Of a DNA stretch of 25,120 bases, positions 17,155-25,120 are shown in pieces. Position numbers and translations under genes: made by a program. How positions within the stretch are numbered: the first letter of the stretch is position 1; every line of letters begins with the position of its first letter. Source of the DNA: Pseudomonadota bacterium. Its GTDB lineage: Bacteria > UBA10199 > 2-02-FULL-44-16 > JAAZCA01. The stretch covers positions 1 through 25,120 of the forward strand of contig JBDRBN010000016.1 of NCBI GenBank assembly GCA_043822785.1. The letters are read 5' to 3'. Below the pieces are notes generated by a model, which was not told the DNA's origin, did not search any database, and saw only the letters and a list, made by a program, of their open reading frames with translations.

Positions 17155-17556
17155 ATGTCAGAGAATAAACGCATTTTACTCGTCGATGATGAAGAGGATT
17201 TCGTCAAATCCACGGCGCTGCGCTTAAGATTTGAAGGATATGAAGTCTTAGAAGCCTCTGATGGGCCATCTGCCGTTGATATCGCAATGAAGAAAAAACC
17301 TGATCTCATCTTGCTGGATATCATGATGCCCGGTTTAAGCGGAGTTGAGGTGTGCGAGAAGTTGCATAGCGACCCCAAGACTTCGCACATACCGATCATA
17401 TTTCTTACAGTCTGGGATCGCCTTGTTCCCGAGAGCGCTCTTCGAGGCGTCAATCAACACAAGTGTCTTATTAAGCCGTTTGATTTTCAAAACCTCATCG
17501 ACATGATAAAGGACAGTCTGAAAGCGAAAGCTAAAAGATCAAAGGTAAAAGGCTAA
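17155..17556 (+). CDS. Single-domain response regulator (receiver only)
   Basis: AGGAGG RBS; ILLVDDE, PDLILLDIMMP, IIFLT and KPF motifs. Confidence 0.95.
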   Translation: MSENKRILLVDDEEDFVKSTALRLRFEGYEVLEASDGPSAVDIAMKKKPDLILLDIMMPGLSGVEVCEKLHSDPKTSHIPIIFLTVWDRLVPESALRGVNQHKCLIKPFDFQNLIDMIKDSLKAKAKRSKVKG

Positions 17557-17588
17557 TAAGATGATGCTTTGAGCTTTCACCTTTGATC
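17521..17588. terminator. Heptamer-based hairpin between convergent genes (possible bidirectional terminator)
   Basis: GATCAAAGGT (17537-17546) pairs with ACCTTTGATC (17579-17588); units AAAGCTA/AAAGATC/AAAGGTA/AAAGGCT. Confidence 0.5.
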
Positions 17589-17600
17589 AAACTACGACTA

Positions 17601-19088
17601 CTATTGAGCTGATGCCTGTATAAGAGCAACTAGGTCCTGAGGCAAGATTCCAAACACTATTATGGCAAGCGCTGCCAGTGCCAACACTGTTATCACAGCA
17701 GTATAAGCAGCGGGGTTAGAGGAAGAAGCAGCCGTCATTTCCTTCTCGATCTCCTTTCTCATGTACATGACCACTACCGGTCTTAGATAGTAGTAAACTG
17801 ATACCACGGTTCCCAAGACAGCCAGAACAACAAGCCCCACATCACCGGCCTTAACAGCTTCCATAAACAGGTAGTATTTTCCAAAAAAACCCAGCGTGGG
17901 CGGAAAGCCGGCTAGCGATATTAAGAAGAGCGCAAAGCCTGCAGAAAGAAGCGGTTTCTTTTTGGAAAACCCTGACAGATGCCTGATATCAACTGGTTCG
18001 CCAGGAGCTAAACCAAAGGCTGACACTGCCGCAAATGCGCCAGCTGTAGATATGACATACGCGACTAAGTAAAGCATAAGGGCGCGCGCCATGGCTACAG
18101 GCGCCATGGCCAATAATGGAAACGCGATGAGCATATATCCGGCATGTGCTATGGACGAATAAGCCAACATGCGCTTTATATTCTGTTGTCTAAGCGCAGC
18201 TAGATTGCCCCAAATTATCGTCGCTGCCGACAATCCCCACGCTAGATGATGCCACATCAAACCACCAGGGCCTGCGATGGCCAAGGCCAGCCTCAAGAAT
18301 GCTATGAACGCCGCAGCCTTTGCTGCTGTAGCCAAAAGCATGGATACAGGTGTGGGAGCCCCATCATATGCATCAGGTGCCCAGGCGTGAAATGGAACAG
18401 CAGCAACCTTGAATGCTAACCCAGCTACTATCATCGCTAGCCCAAACAGAAATACGCTCCTGCCTTCGCCAAAACTCACGAAAGCCGAGCGATTTGCGAT
18501 GACGTTAAGATCTGTAGAACCCAGGCTTCCGAATATAAAGGCTATTCCCATGCAGAAAAATGCCGTGGCAAACGCACCCATTATGAAGTACTTGAGAGCT
18601 CCTTCCACCGATGCAGGTCTTTTGCGAAGATATCCGGTGAGCGCATAGAGCGTAAGCGATGTGGTCTCAATGGCGATGAGCATGCTTATGAGATCAGATG
18701 CCAAAACGAGCGCACTCATTCCCAGCGCAGAAAGAAGCACGAGCGCATAATATCCTGATCTGCATTCTTCCCGCGCTGTGAAATATGCCGGAGAGATAAC
18801 GGTTACGAATACGGTTGAAATTCCAACGATGATTATTCCCACCATGGCCAACCTATCGGTGGCAAGCGTAGTGCCCTTGACGGCTAATGCCAAAGGCCAC
18901 AAGTGCCAGGCGCATGCGATGGCGATGACAAGGCCTACTGCAGCTATGCCAGCCTCGATAACGTATTTGCGCTGTTCGGAAAAAGCCGCGTAGATGAGCG
19001 CCGCGCCTGCAGCCAGAAGAATCACAAAGAGCGGCATGAGCGCCCTCAGAAGCGCCACCCAATCGATTTGTTGAAAAGTATCTAACAT
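17601..19088 (-). CDS. nuoN: NADH-quinone oxidoreductase subunit N
   Basis: EGALKYF, FKVAAVPFHAWAPDAYDGAPTP, NIKRMLAYSSIAHAGY and GFFGKYY motifs. Confidence 0.95.
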   Translation of the reverse strand: MLDTFQQIDWVALLRALMPLFVILLAAGAALIYAAFSEQRKYVIEAGIAAVGLVIAIACAWHLWPLALAVKGTTLATDRLAMVGIIIVGISTVFVTVISPAYFTAREECRSGYYALVLLSALGMSALVLASDLISMLIAIETTSLTLYALTGYLRKRPASVEGALKYFIMGAFATAFFCMGIAFIFGSLGSTDLNVIANRSAFVSFGEGRSVFLFGLAMIVAGLAFKVAAVPFHAWAPDAYDGAPTPVSMLLATAAKAAAFIAFLRLALAIAGPGGLMWHHLAWGLSAATIIWGNLAALRQQNIKRMLAYSSIAHAGYMLIAFPLLAMAPVAMARALMLYLVAYVISTAGAFAAVSAFGLAPGEPVDIRHLSGFSKKKPLLSAGFALFLISLAGFPPTLGFFGKYYLFMEAVKAGDVGLVVLAVLGTVVSVYYYLRPVVVMYMRKEIEKEMTAASSSNPAAYTAVITVLALAALAIIVFGILPQDLVALIQASAQ

Positions 19089-19099
19089 AAAAATTCTCT

Positions 19100-19223
19100 A
19101 AAATTCCAAGCACCAAATTCCAAATAAATTCCAATAATCAAATTCCAATTAACAAACGTTTTGGTCATTCGGTCATTGGAATTTGGTATTTGTCTGGAAT
19201 TTGTGATTTGGAATTTGGAATTT
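19100..19223. repeat. Imperfect palindromic AAATTCC/GGAATTT heptamer element between nuoM and nuoN
   Basis: Left arm AAATTCCAAGCACCAAATTCCAAATAAATTCC...; right arm ...GGAATTTGTGATTTGGAATTTGGAATTT. Overlaps the nuoM 3' end. Confidence 0.85.
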
Positions 19224-20721
19224 CATTTGCCCCTGGCTCCACTGGCACTATCAATTGTCCTCTTTTTGCAAGAGAAACAAATGCATCTGCAGGACGCCAT
19301 ATTTTTTCAAGAGCTAGCTTTGGCCAAACGCCTATTAACACCACAATTATGACGAGCGGCAACATACAAGCTATCTCTCTTGCTCGCATATCAGACATCT
19401 TTCGCTCTTCATCGTGTTTAAGTGGCCCAAAGAACACGCGCTGAATGACCCATATGAGATATACTGCTGTGAGCACAACGCCGATTATGGCCACTGCCGT
19501 ATAAGATGTCTTTGTCTGAAAACTTCCCAAAAGAAGAATAAACTCTCCGGCAAATCCAGAAAGACCTGGCAGCCCAAGCGATGCCAATGCCATCAACATG
19601 AAAAACACAGCTAAGATGGGAAACGATCTAGCGCTGCCGCCATAGTCAGCAATGAGCCTTGTACGTCTGCGCTCATAGAGAAAACCTGCCATGATAAACA
19701 ATCCGCCGGTTATGATGCCGTGATTTACCATCTGCAAAACCGCGCCTGTTGCCGCATACCTTTCCACAGCAAACAGTCCCAACAACACAAACCCCATATG
19801 CGAAATCGATGAATATGCGATGAGGCGTTTTAGATCGATTTGCACCATAGCCAAAAGTGCTCCGATTATTATTCCTGCTACCGCGAGCGTAAGCAAAAGA
19901 GGAGATAGGGTCTTCATAGCCTGTGGAAATAGAGGAATGGCAAATCTGAAAAATCCGTACGTCCCCATCTTTAGCAAAACACCAGCTAGCAACACGCTGC
20001 CCGCCGTGGGCGCTTCGGTATGGGCATCTGGCAACCAGCTATGAAATCCGATGAGCGGAGCTTTTATGGCAAATGCGATGGCGAACCCTGCAAAGAGCCA
20101 TAGTTGTTCTGTAGGCGCAAACGTATGCGCATACCAGTCGATGAGATTAAACGAAGAGGTCGCAGCTGCGACATAGAGCAGAGCCACGAGCATGATCACG
20201 CTGCCTGTCATAGTGAAGATCAAAAATTTCATCGCTATGCGCAGCCTGTCACCCGAGCCCCATATGCCGATGATAAAACAGATGGGAATGAGGGCAGCAT
20301 CCCAAAACACATAGAAGAGAAACATGTCTATTGCGCAGAACACGCCCAGAAGACCTGTTTCAGTTACGAGAAGTAGTATGTGAAAGAGCTTTACGCGTTT
20401 GGTTATCTCGCGCCGTGAAACTATGATCGATACCATGCTAAGAAGCGCTGCCAGAAAAACCAGGAGCATGGAAGCGCCGTCAACGCCAACCCTGTAATAG
20501 ATGTTAAGCGACGGAATCCAGGGCAGGGACTCGATGAGTTCAAACTCTCCACTGCCTCTTACGCATGCGAACATGAATGCGCACAGGACCAGCGTGATAA
20601 GAGAAAAAGTCAGAGTTACCCATCTTATTTGGGTTCTAAACTTGCCTGGAATAAGCGCAAGCACCACAGCCCCCACTAATGGTAGAAATATGATCAATGA
20701 TAAAAGATGTTGGTTGAGCAT
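19165..20721 (-). CDS. nuoM: NADH-quinone oxidoreductase subunit M
   Basis: AIKAPL..FHSWLPDAHTEAPTAGSVLLAGVLLKMGTYG, DLKRLIAYSSISHMG and SLGLPGLSGFAGEF motifs. Confidence 0.96.
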   Translation of the reverse strand: MLNQHLLSLIIFLPLVGAVVLALIPGKFRTQIRWVTLTFSLITLVLCAFMFACVRGSGEFELIESLPWIPSLNIYYRVGVDGASMLLVFLAALLSMVSIIVSRREITKRVKLFHILLLVTETGLLGVFCAIDMFLFYVFWDAALIPICFIIGIWGSGDRLRIAMKFLIFTMTGSVIMLVALLYVAAATSSFNLIDWYAHTFAPTEQLWLFAGFAIAFAIKAPLIGFHSWLPDAHTEAPTAGSVLLAGVLLKMGTYGFFRFAIPLFPQAMKTLSPLLLTLAVAGIIIGALLAMVQIDLKRLIAYSSISHMGFVLLGLFAVERYAATGAVLQMVNHGIITGGLFIMAGFLYERRRTRLIADYGGSARSFPILAVFFMLMALASLGLPGLSGFAGEFILLLGSFQTKTSYTAVAIIGVVLTAVYLIWVIQRVFFGPLKHDEERKMSDMRAREIACMLPLVIIVVLIGVWPKLALEKIWRPADAFVSLAKRGQLIVPVEPGANEIPNSKSQIPDKYQIPMTE

Positions 20722-20762
20722 AAAATCCTAATTCAGCAAATTCAGTGATAATGAATGTTTCT

Positions 20763-20808
20763 ACTGGTCACTGGTTACTGGTTACTGGTCACTGGTCACT
20801 GGTCACTG
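20763..20808. repeat. Tandem heptamer ACTGGT(C/T) x6 plus a partial unit
   Basis: Directly visible in the nuoL-nuoM intergenic gap. Confidence 0.92.
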
Positions 20809-20809
20809 A

Positions 20810-22795
20810 TTATAAAGCTACCAGTCCTATAATAAGTACGGCTCCAATCAAAAAATACAGCAAGTAATGCTGCAAAATACCTGTCTGTGCAGATGAGACT
20901 AAAGCTGACATGAGTCCAATGGTGCGAGATGTGCCTTCCACAGCAATGCCGTCCACCACAGTGGAATCAAAACCTTTCCATACGATGTGTTTGGATACCC
21001 ACATAAGCGGCCTTACCACGATGAGGTCATATATCTCGTCAATGTAGAAACGGTGCGAGACCAACGTGGACAAAGGCCTAAGCTTCTTTGCCACCCTCTC
21101 TGGCCAGTCACGTTTCTGCGCATAGATTAGCCAGCCGAGCACTGAAAAATGAAGCGACCACAAAAGGGTGAGCACAACAAGCACTACCTGGGTACCACAA
21201 GAAGCCTCGGTAGGTGCCCTGCTCATTTCAAATGGTATGAGCCCGCCGAGCCAAAATCCTATATGATCTTCGCCGCCCAAGCACGGCGAAACTCCAACAA
21301 AGCCTGCAAATGCAGCGAGCGAAATCAAAATCATTATAGGCACGAGCATGGACATGCAAGGCTCGGTTATCTTCTTAAACTTCTCGAGCGAAACTTTGGG
21401 TTCCCCAAAGAACACTGAGCCTGCTGCGCGGAATATATAAAATGCAGTAAGGCCCACGCCTATAAAACCGCATGTCCACAAAAGCCCATGCCCCCTCTCA
21501 AATGTCTGCCATAAAATCGCATCCTTGCTAAAAAAGCCTGAAGCAGGTGCTATGCCAGCCAGAGCTGCTGCACCGATGACAAACGCCCATGTTGTTATGG
21601 GCATCCTCTTCTTCAAGCCACCCATCTTTCTTATGTCATACTCGCCGCCCAAAGCCTTTATGGCGCTACCTGCGGCTACGAAGAGCAATGCCTTAAAAAA
21701 GGCATGCGTCATCAGGTGAAAGATCGCTGCTGAAAACGCGCCAACCCCTACTGCAAGAAACATGTAACCGAGCTGGGATATGGTAGAATACGCGAGTATT
21801 TTTTTAAGATCAGTGGCGGCAAGACCCATCATGGCAGCCACAAGCGCTGTGGACGCACCCACCACAGCTACTATCTCAAGCGCTATGGGGGATAGAGCAA
21901 AAATGTAGTTTAACCTCACCACCATATACACGCCTGCTGCTACCATAGTGGCAGCGTGGATGAGCGCTGAGACCGGAGTGGGACCTACCATGGCATCAGG
22001 AAGCCACACGTAGAGCGGAATCTGCGCTGACTTTGCCACAGCCCCTGTGAAGAGCAATAGTGAGGCTGCCGTAGCCACAGGAACAAAGTAAGCGCCATAT
22101 CGTTCCATTGTTTCAAAATTAAAAAAACCTGACTCAGGAGCAGCATGCGCCGCAGACATGACTCCAAATATGAGAAACATGCCCAGCAAGAAGCCGGCAT
22201 CGCCAACAGTATTAACGATAAAAGCCTTGGTTCCTGCTCTTGCCGAACCTAGCCCCTCAAACCAAAAACTGATCAGAAGATAAGAGCACAGAGCTACGCC
22301 CTCCCATCCGATGAACATGAGTACTAAGTTATCAGCCATGACTAGAAGCAGCATAAAGAACATGAATAGATTGAGCTCTGCAAAATATCGCACAAATCCA
22401 TCATCCCCCCACATATATCCAACCGAGTATATGTGTATGAGGGCGCCCACCCCCGACACGGTGAGCATCATCAAGAGAGAAAGCTCATCCACCCTAAGGC
22501 CGACATCCACTACAAGATCTGGCAGCACTGCCCAGCGAAACAAAGGTCCGGTTATGGCTGCGGGTGTAGTTTGCTCAAATCCCGTGAGCGTGAAGAAGAG
22601 GATTCCCGCTGCTGCAAGGGACAGAAGCGGCGCAGCACAACCTATGAACGATGTGAAATGCAAAAATTTGGCGCCCTCTGCTCGCGCAGTACCGATGGCC
22701 AAGGCGCCATTTATGGCTGCGCCCACAAGCGGAAACGCTACCACAAGCCAAATGAGCGTCTGCAAAGAGATCTGCGTGTAGATCGCATCGAGCAT
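20810..22795 (-). CDS. nuoL: NADH-quinone oxidoreductase subunit L
   Basis: FIGWEGV, KSAQIPLYVWLPDAMVGPTPVSALIHAATMV, KKILAYSTISQLG and HAFFKALLF motifs. Confidence 0.97.
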   Translation of the reverse strand: MLDAIYTQISLQTLIWLVVAFPLVGAAINGALAIGTARAEGAKFLHFTSFIGCAAPLLSLAAAGILFFTLTGFEQTTPAAITGPLFRWAVLPDLVVDVGLRVDELSLLMMLTVSGVGALIHIYSVGYMWGDDGFVRYFAELNLFMFFMLLLVMADNLVLMFIGWEGVALCSYLLISFWFEGLGSARAGTKAFIVNTVGDAGFLLGMFLIFGVMSAAHAAPESGFFNFETMERYGAYFVPVATAASLLLFTGAVAKSAQIPLYVWLPDAMVGPTPVSALIHAATMVAAGVYMVVRLNYIFALSPIALEIVAVVGASTALVAAMMGLAATDLKKILAYSTISQLGYMFLAVGVGAFSAAIFHLMTHAFFKALLFVAAGSAIKALGGEYDIRKMGGLKKRMPITTWAFVIGAAALAGIAPASGFFSKDAILWQTFERGHGLLWTCGFIGVGLTAFYIFRAAGSVFFGEPKVSLEKFKKITEPCMSMLVPIMILISLAAFAGFVGVSPCLGGEDHIGFWLGGLIPFEMSRAPTEASCGTQVVLVVLTLLWSLHFSVLGWLIYAQKRDWPERVAKKLRPLSTLVSHRFYIDEIYDLIVVRPLMWVSKHIVWKGFDSTVVDGIAVEGTSRTIGLMSALVSSAQTGILQHYLLYFLIGAVLIIGLVAL

Positions 22796-22798
22796 CGT

Positions 22799-23104
22799 CT
22801 AGTCCCTCAGAAGTCTCATCTCATCCACAAACACAGTTCTGCGACGGCGAAACAGAGCCACCACAAGGCTAAGGCCCACCGCAGCCTCAGCTGCCATCAC
22901 TGCCATGATAAACAAAACAGCTGCCTTTCCATCTGGAAGCAAATTCCATCTCGAAAATGCCAAAATGGCAAGGCAAGCTGCGCCGAACATAATCTCTATG
23001 GATATGAAGATGATGAGAATGTTGCGCCGAAGCACAGCGCCCGCAGCTCCTATGGCAAAGAGCGCTGCAGCGAGCACAAGGTAGTGTTGCAGAGTTATGG
23101 TCAT
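22799..23104 (-). CDS. nuoK: NADH-quinone oxidoreductase subunit K
   Basis: 101 aa; RRN..SIEIM and AAEAAVGL motifs. Confidence 0.96.
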   Translation of the reverse strand: MTITLQHYLVLAAALFAIGAAGAVLRRNILIIFISIEIMFGAACLAILAFSRWNLLPDGKAAVLFIMAVMAAEAAVGLSLVVALFRRRRTVFVDEMRLLRD

Positions 23105-23601
23105 GCGTTCTGATCCTTCTTTCCCATGCTAATCGCTGCTACAGTAGCAGTGAGTAACAGCACTCCTGCCAACTCAAAAGGAACCGAGTATCGCCTAAGC
23201 ACAAACAGGCCCAAGGTGAGCGTGGATTGATAAAAATCGCCGGTCGCAGGCGCCTTAGCAAAAGGCGGAGCTGCTACTGCAATTGCCATGACTATTGCCA
23301 GATAGATGGCAGCAGCTGCGCCCAATATCTTTCCAAACCGAATGAGCCTGGGCCGTGTATTCTCTGTGGATGGATCGATTAACATCACCACAAAGAGTAT
23401 TAGAACCATCACAGCACCAGCATATATGAGCACCCAAAGCGCTGCGATGAGCGGCGCGGCCAAGAGCGTAAACAGGCCTGCCAAAGCCAAGAAGCATATC
23501 ATGAGCCACAAAGCGCTCATAAGCGCCCTTGCGCGCGAAACCGCAGCTACAGCAGCAAAGGCCGCCCAGGCTGCAAAGATGTAGAAAAGAATATCTGTCA
23601 T
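23101..23601 (-). CDS. nuoJ: NADH-quinone oxidoreductase subunit J
   Basis: VLIYAGAVMVLILFVVML and PFELAGVLLL motifs. Start placed at ATG 23601 (MTDILF), just after the nuoH stop. Confidence 0.93.
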   Translation of the reverse strand: MTDILFYIFAAWAAFAAVAAVSRARALMSALWLMICFLALAGLFTLLAAPLIAALWVLIYAGAVMVLILFVVMLIDPSTENTRPRLIRFGKILGAAAAIYLAIVMAIAVAAPPFAKAPATGDFYQSTLTLGLFVLRRYSVPFELAGVLLLTATVAAISMGKKDQNA

Positions 23602-23606
23602 AAATT

Positions 23607-24863
23607 CTATGATGACAACATAACGCCAATCGCTGTTACAACAACATTGGCCATGGCAAGCGGAAGAAGCACCTTCCACCCAAGGCTCATAAGCTGATCA
23701 TATCTAAAGCGCGGAAGCGTCCATCTCACCCAGATGAATACCGCGCATAAAATAATCGTTTTCATGAGCATACTCACAAGCTGAATCAAAAACAAAAGCA
23801 CATCTTTAAACCAAGCTGCTTCCATAATGAGCTGACCATGGAGAGCATATAGAACTGACACAGCGATGCCGATAAACAAGAGAATTGTGCCGATCACGAT
23901 CGGCTCATAGTCACGAATATCACAAAAACGCCTTTTCATGCGCCCCAAAAACACCATTCCCATAAGAGCTACGGCAAAGGATAAAATAGGCCATCCGATC
24001 ATTCCTATTTCTGTGGCATGAAGTTGCAAAACATCTGTTGCTGCAAAAGGCACCTGCCAACCACCAAAGAAAAGCGCTGCAACAATAGCAGAACCTACGA
24101 TGATGTGGGCGTACTCGCCCATAAAAAAAAGTGCAAAGCGCATGCTGCTGTATTCAACGTGATATCCAATTATCTCTGACTCGCCATCCGGCAAATCAAA
24201 CGGCAGACGGCTTGTCTGTGCAAACAATGCGGTCATGAATATCACAAAAGCCAAAGGTTGACGCACAGCATTCCATTGCCAAATGATTGTACCCTGATCC
24301 ATCACTATGTCGCTTAAGCTCAAAGAGCCGGCCACCAAAAACAGCGCCACAGCGGATATTGCCATGGCCAGCTCATAGCTTATGAACTGCGCACAGGCTC
24401 TCATGCCGCCTAAGAGTGAGTATGTGCTTCCCGAGGCCCACCCTGCCAACATAAGGCTGTAGACGCCAAGCGATGTCATGGCGAGCACATAAACCAACCC
24501 TGCCCTGAGCTCTGCCACCTGAAACGAGACCTCATATCCATATACGGAAAACGTGTCGGAAAACGGCACCACAGCTACCGCTGCGACGGAAACAAAAAAC
24601 GCAATCATCGGAGCAATGTACATGATTAGCTTTACAGATCTGTTTGGCGACACCTCTTCTTTTGTTAAGAGCTTTATCGCGTCAGCAAAGATGTGCATGA
24701 TACCGCCTAAGCGAATACCTAATATCTGCGCACGATTCGGCCCTCTTCGATCCTGAATATATGCAGCGCCCTTTCTCTCCATCCATATGAGAAGCGATAT
24801 AAGACACATCACCATAGAGAAGACGAGAACGGTCCTTACTAATGCTATAAGAAAAATGCTCAA
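23607..24863 (-). CDS. nuoH: NADH-quinone oxidoreductase subunit H
   Basis: ERKGAAYIQDRRGPNR, ADAIKLLTKE, AQFISYE, RLPFDLP and WVRWTLPRFRYDQLMSLGWK motifs. Probable TTG start at 24863 with GGAG 6 nt upstream. Confidence 0.94.
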   Translation of the reverse strand: MSIFLIALVRTVLVFSMVMCLISLLIWMERKGAAYIQDRRGPNRAQILGIRLGGIMHIFADAIKLLTKEEVSPNRSVKLIMYIAPMIAFFVSVAAVAVVPFSDTFSVYGYEVSFQVAELRAGLVYVLAMTSLGVYSLMLAGWASGSTYSLLGGMRACAQFISYELAMAISAVALFLVAGSLSLSDIVMDQGTIIWQWNAVRQPLAFVIFMTALFAQTSRLPFDLPDGESEIIGYHVEYSSMRFALFFMGEYAHIIVGSAIVAALFFGGWQVPFAATDVLQLHATEIGMIGWPILSFAVALMGMVFLGRMKRRFCDIRDYEPIVIGTILLFIGIAVSVLYALHGQLIMEAAWFKDVLLFLIQLVSMLMKTIILCAVFIWVRWTLPRFRYDQLMSLGWKVLLPLAMANVVVTAIGVMLSS

Positions 24864-24879
24864 AATATGCTCCGTAATT

Positions 24880-24932
24880 AAATTCCAACAACCAAATTCC
24901 AAAATCCAAATAAACTCCAAAATCCAATAACC
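24880..24932. repeat. AAATTCC/AAATCCA heptamer arm upstream of nuoH
   Basis: AAATTCCAACAACCAAATTCCAAAATCCAAATAAACTCCAAAATCCAATAACC, similar to the left arm at 19100. Confidence 0.8.
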
Positions 24933-25120
24933 CACTGTTGTTGCGTTAGAACTGCATGTTTTTCATGGGTGTCATTGCGAGCAAAGCGAAGCAATCCCCT
25001 TATAACCTGTGTTTGCAGGAGATTGCTTCGTCGCTAAACGCTCCTCGCAATGACACCTAGACATGAGAAAAATGAATTCTTATATTTCAACCAGTTAACA
25101 CCTCTAACGCAACAACAGTG
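24933..25120. mobile_element. MITE-like element with 18-bp perfect terminal inverted repeats and an internal palindrome
   Basis: CACTGTTGTTGCGTTAGA (24933-24950) pairs with TCTAACGCAACAACAGTG (25103-25120). Internal GGTGTCATTGCGAG/CTCGCAATGACACC and CGAAGCAATC/GATTGCTTCG. Confidence 0.7.

Noticed and set aside
9017..24756. Many antisense or alternate-frame ORFs (e.g. 22433-23113, 15621-16058)
   Set aside because: They are shadows of well-supported genes and carry no independent motifs.
24864..24935. N-terminal extension of NuoH (MGYWILEFIWILEFGCWNL); likewise the 26-aa NuoJ extension
   Set aside because: The first is translated heptamer repeat and the second overlaps nuoH. Downstream starts fit better.

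Overview
Bacterial window with two parts. The accessory left third (1-6500) holds an intact IS110-family element whose ~400-nt right end folds into a two-loop bridge-RNA-like structure. Its guides match the reconstructed target and circle junction, which gives a GC core and an inferred element span of 288-1859. Also in this third: an unrecognised 66-aa tandem-repeat protein, a DUF5678-like/aspartyl-protease gene pair, small membrane peptides, and an internally deleted YhcG/DUF1016 gene. The rest is more ordinary: a B12 radical SAM gene, yajQ, a hypothetical gene, a putative trans-envelope signalling operon (two TonB-dependent receptors, an orphan substrate-binding protein, a HAMP/PAS histidine kinase and a receiver protein), and the complex I membrane-arm genes nuoH-J-K-L-M-N without nuoI. 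Intergenic spaces carry several palindromic and heptameric repeat families, including a MITE-like element at the right edge. All calls come from manual reading and motif recognition; no searches or folding programs were run.
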